From Myxococcota bacterium (GTDB lineage Bacteria > Myxococcota_A > UBA9160 > JAFDDA01): a stretch of DNA of 64,000 nucleotides. Of this stretch, positions 49,888-59,300 are shown in pieces (positions within the stretch are counted from its first letter, which is position 1; each line of letters begins with the position of its first letter). The DNA is taken from NCBI GenBank assembly GCA_965228475.1, contig OZ245817.1, forward strand, positions 2,656,001 to 2,720,000, given 5' to 3'. The position numbers and the translations under genes were made by a program. The notes under the pieces were generated by a model that did no database searches, was not told where the DNA came from, and saw only the letters and a program-made list of their open reading frames with translations.

Positions 49888-52689
49888 GTGACGCGCCCGA
49901 CCCCTCGCGCCTTCGCCTCGTCCTCGCCCCGCGCGCTGGCCCTCGCCTGGACCGTGGCGACCGGCTTCTGCGGCCTCGTCGACGAAGTCGTCTGGCAGCG
50001 CGCCCTGTCGGTCCTTCTCGGCTCCCACGCGGAGGCCACCGCGGCGGTGCTCGCCCTCTTTCTCGGCGGACTGGCCGCCGGCTACGCGGGCTTCGGCCGA
50101 CTCTGTCACCGGCACCCCGAGTGGACCCGCGGCGACCTGCTGCGACGCTACGCCGCCGCCGAGGCCGGCATCGGCCTCCACGCCCTCGCCTTCCCGTGGC
50201 TGTTCGCGGCCGTGCGGGATGGCTCGGCGGCGCTCCCGGCGGGAGGCTTCGCGGCCGAGACCGCGCTCTGCGCCCTGCTCGTCGTTCCGCCGGCCTTCCT
50301 GATGGGCGCCACGGTCCCCCTGCTGACGGACGCCCTGGCCCGGGACGCCGACGACGCGACGCGCCTCCACGCCCAGGTCTACGGCTGGAACACCCTCGGC
50401 GCCTTCCTCGGCGCCCTCGGTGCGGGCTTCTTCCTGCTCCCGGCGCTCGGCGTCGTCGGCTCGCTTCGCGTGACCGCGGCCGTGAACTTCGCCGCGGCCC
50501 TCGGCTTCTTGCACCTCGCGCGGCAAGTGGGCGAGGCGCCGCGCGTGGCCTCCGCGCAAGAACCCGATCGCCCGGCGTCCGGCCCGTCGCTCCCTTGGGA
50601 AGCCACGGCCGCCGCGGGCTTCGGCTTCGCGCTGATGACGCTCCAGACCGTGGCCGTCCGGGTCTCGGGCCTCGCCTTCGGCGCTTCGCCCGCCACCTTC
50701 GCGATCGTCGTCGCGACCTTCGTGCTCTGCATCGCCCTCGGGAGCCTGGCCGTCGCACGCTTCGCAGCCGTCCGCTCGCTTCCCGCAGCGCCCGTCGCCC
50801 TCGGCGCCGCCCTCCTGCTCGCAGCGCTCTTCCCCTTCGTCGACGACGCGGCCTTCGTGGCCCATCGCGTCCGCGTCCTCCTCCCGAACGACACGACGGG
50901 GTTCCACCTCTTCCAGGCCGCGACCGCCGGGCTGGTGTTCGCCGCCCTCTGTCTACCGCTCGCCCTCTCGGGCTCCCTCCTGCCGCTGATGTTCGACGAC
51001 CTGCGCCAGCGCCACCGCGAGCTCGGGGCCGCAGCGGGCCGGCTCTACGCCTGGAACACCGTCGGGAGCGTGCTCGGCGCTCTCGTCGGCGGCTACGCGC
51101 TGCTCCGCTTCCTGGACCTGCACGCGGTCTACCGCGTCGGCGTGGGCGCCGTCGCCATCGCCTCGGCGCTGCTCGCGCACCGCTCCCCGCAAGCCCGGCC
51201 CATCGCGCTCGGCGCCGCGAGCCTCGCGCTGGTTCTCGCGTTTCTCCCGGCCTGGACGCCCGAGAAGCTCTCGACGGCCCACCTGCGCCAGCGCCACGGC
51301 GTCGGCACGGTCTTCGAGACGCCTGCGGATCTCGCCGCGTACCAGCACGCCGGCGGGATCCTGTTCGCGACGGACGACCCGACGACGACCGTCCTCGTCA
51401 ACGAACACACGACCGACGACGACCGCTCCTCGCGCGCGCTCTTCACCAACGGAAAGTCCGACGGCTCGCTCTGGCCCGACTACCCGACCATGGCGCTCGC
51501 CGGGCTGATCCCCTGCGCCCTCGCGGACCGCTGCGAGAACGCCTTCGTGATCGGCCTCGGGACGGGGGTGACCGCCGGCGAGCTCGCCGCCCTGGATGGC
51601 GTCGAGCGCGTGGCGGTGGCCGAGATCTCGACGGGCGTGGTCGAAGCCCTTCCCCTCTTCGCGGAGGGGAACCTCGGCCTCGGCGACCGGCCCGCATTCG
51701 AGCTCCGCCGCAGCGACGCCTACCGCTCGCTCCTCCGGGAGCCCGGCCGCTTCGACGTGATCGCCTCCGAGCCGAGCCACCCCTGGGCGATCGGCGTCGA
51801 GAACCTCTTCGCCCTCGAGTTCCTGCGCGCGGCGCGGGACCGGCTCGCGCCCGGCGGCGTCTTCGCCCAGTGGATCCACGCGTATGAGATGGACGACGCG
51901 ACCCTCGCCCTCGTCCTGCGGACCTACGCCGCCGCGTTTCCCGAGGTGGCCGTCTGGTACGCGTCGGGCCCCGATCTCCTGCTGCTCGGCTTCGGCGACG
52001 TGCCCCCTGCGCGCGACCCCGAACGCCTCGCCGCCCGCTTCGCCCGGCCGGACTTCGCCGCGGGCTTCGCGCGGGCCGGCGTCGACTCCCTCTCCGGGCT
52101 CCTCGCGCACGAACTCGTCCCGGGCGGCGTGATCACCCGGGCCGCGCTGCCGGGCCCGATCCACACCCTGCTCCACCCCCGGCTCGCCCACGCGGCGGCG
52201 GCCGCGTTCTTCCGGGACGACCGCGCGCGCCTGCCGAGGCTCGACGGCCCGGATGCCCGAGCCCGGGCCCTCCACGCCCGAGCCCTCGGCCTCGCCATGC
52301 GCGACGGGAAGCTCTCGGAGGACCAGTACGAAGCCGTGGTCCGCCGCCTCTGCGTCTCCCGCGAGTGGGAATGCACGACGGCGCTCGGGAGCTGGCGCCA
52401 CGACTACCCGGACTCGCCTCGCCCCCACGCCGTCCGCGCGGAACTCGCCGAGAGCCAGGAGCCGCACCTGCTCGAATCCCGCATCGACCTCCTCGCCGGG
52501 CTCTTCGGCGACGGACTCGGCCCCCTCGACGCCGAGTCCACCCGGCGCGTCCACGAGCACTACACCGCCTACTATCACCACGCGCTGCCGTTCCGGCCCG
52601 AAGCCATCGCCCGGACGCTCGAGCGCTGCGAAGGCGAAGGCTGCGAGGCGCTGCGGACGGCCGTGCGGAAGGAGGAACCCCATGAGTGA
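49888..52689 (+). CDS. Fused MFS-like / spermidine-synthase-like SAM-fold protein (second paralog)
   Basis: Duplicated 6-TM repeat (VYGWNTLG and LYAWNTVG), LFTNGKSDG, VIGLGTGVT, VAEIS, FDVIASEPSHPW, FAQW. Start uncertain (GTG 49780 or 49888). Confidence 0.85.
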   Translation: MTRPTPRAFASSSPRALALAWTVATGFCGLVDEVVWQRALSVLLGSHAEATAAVLALFLGGLAAGYAGFGRLCHRHPEWTRGDLLRRYAAAEAGIGLHALAFPWLFAAVRDGSAALPAGGFAAETALCALLVVPPAFLMGATVPLLTDALARDADDATRLHAQVYGWNTLGAFLGALGAGFFLLPALGVVGSLRVTAAVNFAAALGFLHLARQVGEAPRVASAQEPDRPASGPSLPWEATAAAGFGFALMTLQTVAVRVSGLAFGASPATFAIVVATFVLCIALGSLAVARFAAVRSLPAAPVALGAALLLAALFPFVDDAAFVAHRVRVLLPNDTTGFHLFQAATAGLVFAALCLPLALSGSLLPLMFDDLRQRHRELGAAAGRLYAWNTVGSVLGALVGGYALLRFLDLHAVYRVGVGAVAIASALLAHRSPQARPIALGAASLALVLAFLPAWTPEKLSTAHLRQRHGVGTVFETPADLAAYQHAGGILFATDDPTTTVLVNEHTTDDDRSSRALFTNGKSDGSLWPDYPTMALAGLIPCALADRCENAFVIGLGTGVTAGELAALDGVERVAVAEISTGVVEALPLFAEGNLGLGDRPAFELRRSDAYRSLLREPGRFDVIASEPSHPWAIGVENLFALEFLRAARDRLAPGGVFAQWIHAYEMDDATLALVLRTYAAAFPEVAVWYASGPDLLLLGFGDVPPARDPERLAARFARPDFAAGFARAGVDSLSGLLAHELVPGGVITRAALPGPIHTLLHPRLAHAAAAAFFRDDRARLPRLDGPDARARALHARALGLAMRDGKLSEDQYEAVVRRLCVSREWECTTALGSWRHDYPDSPRPHAVRAELAESQEPHLLESRIDLLAGLFGDGLGPLDAESTRRVHEHYTAYYHHALPFRPEAIARTLERCEGEGCEALRTAVRKEEPHE

Positions 52690-52891
52690 ACTCTTGCCCA
52701 AGGGAGAGAAGCTGCGCCGCGCGGTGCGCTTCCTCTCCGAGGCCTCCGAAGGCTCCGAAAGCTCCGAAAGCTCCGAAGGCGACGATGCGCCCACCGCCGC
52801 GGCGTTGATCGATCAAGCGACCCTGCGCTTCGACCTCACGCCGCGCGAGGCGGAGCTGCTCGCGGACTTCTGGCGCAACCGCGACTCCTGA
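52682..52891 (+). CDS. Small hypothetical protein (69 aa) with an SEx repeat linker
   Basis: ATG with a GGAGGA RBS overlapping the upstream gene end. Two helical blocks, PKGEKLRRAVRFLSE and LIDQATLRFDLTPREAELL. Confidence 0.7.
   Translation: MSELLPKGEKLRRAVRFLSEASEGSESSESSEGDDAPTAAALIDQATLRFDLTPREAELLADFWRNRDS
52735..52779. repeat. In-frame 9-bp tandem repeat, 5 copies (ctccgaRRS)
   Basis: ctccgaggc ctccgaagg ctccgaaag ctccgaaag ctccgaagg, encoding SEASEGSESSESSEG. Confidence 0.9.
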
Positions 52892-52904
52892 CGCCTGCGG
52901 CGGC

Positions 52905-53876
52905 CTAGCCGTCGAGGTGCCGACGAAGCTCCCGCAGCGCGCCACGGTGGTTGGCGGGAAGCGAACGCAGGGCCGAGCGGGGAGCCCGGCGCGGCGGGAC
53001 GCCGCCCGCGTGCTCGATGAAGCGCACCACCCAGCCCCGGCGGCCGCTGAACGGTGCGAGCAGCTCGAGCATGCGTTCGTCGCCGGCCCGCCGCTCGCCC
53101 GCGAGGTTCCAGGCGACGTGGCTCGGCAGATGGAGGTCTCCGATCGGGAACGCGTCCGGCCGACCGCCCGCGTAGAGTTCGAGCGAGCTCACCGTCCACG
53201 GCCCGATGCCGGGCAGCGCTCGAAGGCGGGAGGTCGCCCCCGGTGCCCCGAGGTGTCCGAATCCGGAGAGGCGCGCGGCCTCCCGTCCGACGTTCCGCAG
53301 CGTTGCGCCGCGCCTGGCATCGAGGCCGAGGGGCGCGAAGGCCCAGTCGGGCAGCCGGGCGACGCGCTCGGGATCGGGCGGCAGCCACAGGGCGGGGAAC
53401 GGGCCCGGCGCGGGCTCGGAGGCGATGCTCACGAGCGCGCGGTGGCTTCGCGCCGCCTCCTTGCCCGAGACCTTCTGCTGGAGAACCAGCAGGAAGAGGA
53501 ACGGCAGCCAATCCTCGAGGCACGAAAGGCGAAGCCCCTCGCAGGCCCGGACCAGCCTGCGAATCCGCGGCGGGAAGCCCTCCGGCCGGGGTGCGTCGCT
53601 GGCCAGCCCGAGCAGGGCCGGCGCGGATTCGAGCGCCGCCTCCGCCCCCGCGCCGTAGGCGACGAGGCGAAGCGAGCCGGGCCGGTGCAGGATGCACAGC
53701 GTCGCCGGCCCGAGAGCGGTCCGCTCCGCGCGCAGCCACCCCACCTCGCCGCCGGCTTCGACCACGCGCTGGGTCGGATCGGCGAAGCCCGAGGAGAGCG
53801 GCCGCGCGATCGCCCGGAGATCGAGGGGGCCCTCGAAGGCGAGGTGCCGCTCGAGCGGGGCCGCGCCGGCGTTCAC
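52905..53876 (-). CDS. AlkA-like HhH-GPD DNA-3-methyladenine glycosylase
   Basis: VLQQKVSG, HhH LRALPGIGPWT, DAFPIGDLHL, LLAPFSGRRG. GTG overlaps the STT3 stop. It is the real part of ORF 52905..56135. Confidence 0.85.
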   Translation of the reverse strand: MNAGAAPLERHLAFEGPLDLRAIARPLSSGFADPTQRVVEAGGEVGWLRAERTALGPATLCILHRPGSLRLVAYGAGAEAALESAPALLGLASDAPRPEGFPPRIRRLVRACEGLRLSCLEDWLPFLFLLVLQQKVSGKEAARSHRALVSIASEPAPGPFPALWLPPDPERVARLPDWAFAPLGLDARRGATLRNVGREAARLSGFGHLGAPGATSRLRALPGIGPWTVSSLELYAGGRPDAFPIGDLHLPSHVAWNLAGERRAGDERMLELLAPFSGRRGWVVRFIEHAGGVPPRRAPRSALRSLPANHRGALRELRRHLDG

Positions 53877-56170
53877 CGGGAGAAGTCCGGGGCCGCGATG
53901 CGGCGGCCTTCGCGGACGTCTTCCTCGCCGACGTCGACCGTGCGCTCGGCACCGCTCGCAAAGACCCCGTACCCGCCGCGGCTTCGAACCCGGCCGTTGG
54001 CTTCCCGCGTCGCGTAGGGAACCCGGAGACGGTAGACGCCGTCGGTGCCCGCCCGGGTGCGGGAGCCCCACGCGAACTCCCGGCCACCGGCCGTTGCCAG
54101 GGCGAGTTCCACCGAGACCTCCGCTCCGGGCGGCGCCCGCCCTTCGAGCTCGGCCCCTCGGACGAACTCGTAGAGCTTGAAGAACGGCTGCTCGGGCGCC
54201 CAGGGCTTCGGCCGGGCCTCGTACACCAGACGGTGACGCTCGAGGGCCGGCACGTCGACGACGACCTCCCGGAACGCCGCGGGCAGGGTGCGCGCCCGGG
54301 AGCGCTGCGCCGCCTGGCCGTCCGCGAAGAAGGCTCGGGCGATCATCGAGCGGGGTCCGAACTCCGCGAGCGCGCCCTGGCGCCGATACTCGAGGACGAC
54401 GTAGCGGACGCCGAAGGCATCGAGGATCTCCGCGGCTTCGGGCTCGCTCGCCGCGAAGTAGCGGGCCATCGCATCCATGCCCTCGGGTCCGAGGTCGTCC
54501 CCGAAGTTCGTGACGACCGCGGGGCGTTCGCCGGCGGTCAGCAGGATGTGCCCGTTCGCCCAGAAACCCAGCACGCCGTACTCCGGCGGCGAGCCGCCGC
54601 GGGCTTCGAAGCCGCTCGTCGGCGGAGAGTTGCCGCGCAGCCAGCTGGCCAGGCGATGCAGCTCGCGCCGCTGGAGCTGGTCCGCGGCGAGCCTCATCGG
54701 CTGGCCCGCACGCAGCGCAGCCCGGCGCTCGAGGGCCGGGGCGAACCCCTGGAGCGTCGGGAGCAGGAGCAGGAGACCGAGCGCCACCGTCCCTCCAGCG
54801 AGCAGCGCGCGGACGAACCGCCCCCGCTCGGCGAGTCGCAGCCGCCGGGGCAGCTCGACGACGAAGGTCCAGCCGAGCAGCAGCGCCAGGAGAACCGAGA
54901 AGGGATTCGCGAAGCGCCGCTGGGCCAGCGTCGCCAGCGCCAGCCCGACCAGCAAGACGAGGAACAGCCACGCGCTCGGATCGAAGGGCCGCTGGCGGAG
55001 TCGGGCGAGGAACGCCCAGGCCAGAACCGGAACGAAGAGGAACCCACCCGAGAGCTGCTGCAGGCCCTCGGCGAGGCGGCCCCGCGGGTCCGGGGCGAAC
55101 AGGGCCTGGGACTCGGCGACCTGACTCTGGAAGGACTCGGTCCGCGCCAGCCAGGACCACATGCGGCCCGGTGCTTCCCCGAGCTCGGGCAGGAGGAGGC
55201 CGCTCCCGAGCGCCAGCGCCGCCGCCGAGCCGAGGGCCACGGCGAGCCGCTGGGCCGGCGGGCGATGGGCCACGCTGGCGAGGGCCGCGAAGCAGAGGCT
55301 CGCGCAGGCGAGCAGCCAGGGCTGGAAGCCGCCGAGCACGACCGGCGCGAAGCCGCCCCAATAGGCGTAGTCGCGGCCGGCGAAGGGCAGGAGGAAGAGG
55401 AGCGAAAGTCCGTGGACCAGGCTGGCTCGCAGGCACAGGGCGCGGGCGAACCTCGCGTCGAGGAAGACGGCCCAGGCCGCGAACGTCGCGGAGACGAGCA
55501 GGAGCTGGAGGAGCGACCCGGGCCAGACGAGGAGCGACCCCGCCTGGGTGGCTGCCAGCGCCCCGACGGCAGCCACGTCCCGGCCAGCCCAGCGCTCGGC
55601 CCCCGACGCCCGGAGGGCGAGTCCGCTCCCGGCGGCGAGGAAGGCCAGGGTCACCAGGGGCTCCGCCGCGTGGTGGTCGAGCATCCCGAAGCGGCTGTAG
55701 ACGGCGTGGGCCGGGAGGATCGCCAGAACGCCGGCGGCGGCGAGGCCCGAACCGGGCCCGAAGCGCCAGGCTCCCCAGGCGAAGCAGCCGAGGATCGCCG
55801 CACCCCCGAGCCAGACCGGGACGGCCATGGCGAAGGCCGCCAGCCGCTCGGGCGGCACGTCCGGCCCGAGCCGGAGCCGCGCCGCCGCCGCCACGCTCCA
55901 ATCGAGGCCCGGAGGCCAGATCACGTCGCCGCCCGTAGGGTGGTTCAGGTAGGGGTCCCGCTCGAGGACCTCGGGGAAGTTCGCGTAGCTGAAGCAAACG
56001 CGGCGCAGGTGGTAGTAGGCATCCGGTCCGACCGGGCGGATCCCCTCGGCGGTCCGGACCGTCGGCGCATCGAGCATGCGCAGGTTCGCCCCGAGGGCGA
56101 GCACACCCAGGAGCAAGAGCCCGGCAACGGCCCACGCGGCCCGATCGCGGCGGTGTTCGGCGTCCCCCAC
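53873..56170 (-). CDS. STT3-family oligosaccharyltransferase, archaeal AglB-like
   Basis: GPDAYYHLRR, DPYLNHPTG..IWPPG, DHHAAE, QVAESQAL (TIxE-like), QRRF, YGVLGFWANGH at the WWDYG position, C-terminal FKLYEFVRGA...RLRVPY. About 13 TMs. Confidence 0.85.
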   Translation of the reverse strand: MGDAEHRRDRAAWAVAGLLLLGVLALGANLRMLDAPTVRTAEGIRPVGPDAYYHLRRVCFSYANFPEVLERDPYLNHPTGGDVIWPPGLDWSVAAAARLRLGPDVPPERLAAFAMAVPVWLGGAAILGCFAWGAWRFGPGSGLAAAGVLAILPAHAVYSRFGMLDHHAAEPLVTLAFLAAGSGLALRASGAERWAGRDVAAVGALAATQAGSLLVWPGSLLQLLLVSATFAAWAVFLDARFARALCLRASLVHGLSLLFLLPFAGRDYAYWGGFAPVVLGGFQPWLLACASLCFAALASVAHRPPAQRLAVALGSAAALALGSGLLLPELGEAPGRMWSWLARTESFQSQVAESQALFAPDPRGRLAEGLQQLSGGFLFVPVLAWAFLARLRQRPFDPSAWLFLVLLVGLALATLAQRRFANPFSVLLALLLGWTFVVELPRRLRLAERGRFVRALLAGGTVALGLLLLLPTLQGFAPALERRAALRAGQPMRLAADQLQRRELHRLASWLRGNSPPTSGFEARGGSPPEYGVLGFWANGHILLTAGERPAVVTNFGDDLGPEGMDAMARYFAASEPEAAEILDAFGVRYVVLEYRRQGALAEFGPRSMIARAFFADGQAAQRSRARTLPAAFREVVVDVPALERHRLVYEARPKPWAPEQPFFKLYEFVRGAELEGRAPPGAEVSVELALATAGGREFAWGSRTRAGTDGVYRLRVPYATREANGRVRSRGGYGVFASGAERTVDVGEEDVREGRRIAAPDFSR

Positions 56171-56241
56171 GCGGCCATTCTAGGCGCGTTCCGGGGGTCG
56201 GCGCGCGCCCCGGAGGCAGATCACCGGCAGAACGAAAAACG

Positions 56242-56271
56242 TTGACTTGTCGAAGGGTTGCCGGTTATGGT
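56242..56271 (+). promoter_or_regulatory. Candidate sigma70 promoter
   Basis: TTGACT-N18-TATGGT, about 50 bp upstream of 56320, preceded by an A-tract. Confidence 0.55.
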
Positions 56272-56319
56272 GCTTCGCTTACCCGCGGTTAAACTGCCTG
56301 CCGGAAACCGTCCTGGAGG

Positions 56320-59300
56320 ATGTCGATGCCCGCCCTGTTTCGCTCGTCCCTTGCACTCGCCGTGTTGCTCGCCGCCGCCGGCTGCTCGCCGAACCCGAAG
56401 GCCCCGGAGGTCGGCGCGCAGCTGTTCCAAAGCCCGCACGTGAACTCGATCGCGCTCGCGCGCGCGGACCGCAAGCTCGTGGTCGCGAACACGACCTCGG
56501 CCACGGTGTCGGTCTTCGAGACGAACCTGCTGCCGCACGATCCCGAAGGCGCGCTGATCGGCGAGATCGCCGTCGGCATCGATCCGGTGAGCGTCGCGAT
56601 CCGGCCGAAGAACGGCCCGAACGACCGCGACCTCGCGCTCGTCGCGAACCACATCTCCGACTCGATCTCGGTCATCGACCTATCGAAGCTCGGTGTCGTG
56701 CAGACCCTCCAGGAGTTCGACGCGGACGGCGTGACCACCACGGATGCCCCGACCGGCATCGTGTTCGCGAGCCCGGACCGCGCCTTCGTCGCACTCGACG
56801 ACCGCGACGAGATCGTGGTGATCGACTTCGACGCGAACGGCCGCGCCAGCATCAACCCGGAGCGGCTGCCGATCACGGCCCAGGCGCCGCGCGCCATGAC
56901 CGTCGTGGGCGACCGGCTGCTCGTCGGGGCCTTCGAGTCCGGCAACCAGACGGAGTTCCCGAACTGCGGCCCCCTCGATACGCCGGCGACCGCCCCCTTC
57001 CTCCCGGGCGACCCCTACGACGAAGGCTGCATGTTCTACAACCGCTTCATCGAGAGCATCACCGTCAACGACATCTTCAACCTCGACCTCGACCTCGAGT
57101 TCGGCGTGATCGTCGACTTCGCCGCGCGCAACCCGAACATCGGCGGCGAGGTCGTGATCGACCGCGACCGGCCCGACCGCGACGTCTTCGTCTTCGACGT
57201 GGCCGCCCTCGGCGCGCCGCTCCAGGTGATCGACGGCGTCAGCACCCTGCTCTACGGCATGGAGAGCAGCGGCAACCGCGTGTTCGTGACGAGCGCCGAC
57301 GGCCGGAACGATCTCGACGGCCTCGACGACCTCGACAACCGGATGTTCGAGAACCGCATCTCCTGGTTCGACTGCGACCCGGACTGCGGCCCGGTCCAGC
57401 ACCGGGACCTCGACCAGAACGCCCACGGCGTGCCGGTGCCGACGCCCTACGGCGTCCGGGCCAGCGCCGACGGCTCGGCCCTGGTCGTCGCCGTCTCCGG
57501 CTCCGACGGGATCCCCGGCCTCGCCGAAGACCCGACGACGGACATCCCCGGCCTCGTCACCCTCGACGCCTCGGGCAACGTGCTCGGCCACGTCCAGACC
57601 GGCGCCATTCCGCAGAGCGTGGCTCTCGCGAGCGACGAAGCCGGCGCGGCCCAGACCGCCTACGTCCTGAACGTCGTCGACAGCACGATCTCCGTCGTGG
57701 ACGTGAGCGACCTCGCGAACCCCCAGATCCTCGGCACGTTCAGCGTCGGCAACGACCCGACGCCGCCCGAGATCCGGGACGGCCGCAGGAACTTCATGTC
57801 GGCCCGCGCTTCGACGAAGGGCACCTTCTCCTGCGAGTCCTGCCACCCGAACGGGAACACGGACCAGCTCATCTGGACGATCAACACGGTCGAGAGCCGC
57901 GAAGACGTGCCGGAGTGCAACCCCTTCGAGGAGAACTGCCCGGAGCCGCGCACCACGATGCCGACCCCGCGCGGCCTGCGGGACACGCTCCCGCTGCACT
58001 GGCTCGGCAACCTCGCCGACCCCTTCCCGGACCACGAAGACCAGCTCTTCCAGCCCGAGGACGACGGCGCGCCGGACTGCGATCTCGAGACCGACGGCGA
58101 GATCGGCTGCGCCCGGCACCTCGTGAACGCGAGCCTCTCGGGCGTCATGTGCGACCAGGCCGGCGGCTGCGCGGTCGGCCCCTCGGGCCTGCCCGGCGCC
58201 TACACGGAGGCCGAGCGCAACGCCATGGCCGCCTTCATGATGTCCGTGAGCTACCCGCCCTCGCCCACCCGCCGCCCGGACGACGCCCTGTCGCCGGTGG
58301 CCATGCAGGGCGTGACGGACTTCTTCACGGACGAAGACGGGCTCGGCGTCGGGAGCGCGGCGGCCGGCGTCGGCGCGGCGGTCGGCTTCTCGCCGATCAC
58401 GTGCGCCGACAACTCCGGCGGCTGCCACGCCCTCCCGCTCACCGTCGACACCAACAGCCTCACGGTCGGCGCCTTCGACGTGCCGACCATGCGTGGCATG
58501 TGGGACCGCCACGTGCAGTTCTCGAACGGCAGCCCGAGCTCGGAAGAGGTGCTCCGCGCCGGCCAGGACTGCGCCGACGGCAACCCGCCCGGCGACCACC
58601 CGAACCTCGGGAACTTCCTCACCGGCGACCCGTGCGCCCTCGCGTCGCCCTTCATCGAGGCGTTCCTGGGCTTCCAGCTCGACCCCTTCCAGGGCGTTCC
58701 GAGCGGCGAGGAGATCTACGACCCGGCGGTCGGCGTGACCGAGCGCGGCGTCTTCCTCTCGACGTTCGAGTCGCTCTTCCAGCTCGCCTACGGCGTGCGG
58801 GGCGCCCCGATGTGGGAGTTCTTCTCGGAGATGGGCGTCGGCTTCGCAGGCGTCTACGGCCGCCAGCTCACCGTCGACGCGAGCGACGCGCAGTCGCCGG
58901 CGACCCAGGACGCGCTGAACCCGCTGGTCGCCGCAGCCGACGAGGGCCGCATCGCCCTGCGCGCGAGCTTCATGGGTGGGGACCGCGACTACTCCTACTC
59001 CGAGGGCCGCTGGCACCTGACCCAGCTCCCCGACGACAAGGAGAGCAACGGCTTCACGACCGAGAAGGTCCTCCAGCAGGTGGTCGACTGGGACCAGGTC
59101 CTGACCTTCACCGCCCACCTCCGCGAGGGCATCAGCATCGGCGGCGCGGATCGCCAGCCGCTGCTCCACGTGGACCCGGAGCGCAAGGAGACCGAGGACT
59201 TCGGCGAGCTGCTCGCCATCCCGCGGCCCGAGCCCCTGCCGAACCAGGCCTTCCGCATCGGCGGCATCTACGTCGACCCGGCGGCCAAGATCCTGGTCAA

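Noticed and set aside
32377..52689. Polyamine biosynthesis cluster
   Set aside because: There is no SAM decarboxylase or other polyamine gene, and the aminopropyltransferase acidic motifs are missing from both fusions.
52905..56135. Apparent 1076-aa protein with AlkA at its C-terminus
   Set aside because: The first ~750 codons are an off-frame overlap of the STT3 gene. The real glycosylase starts at GTG 53876.
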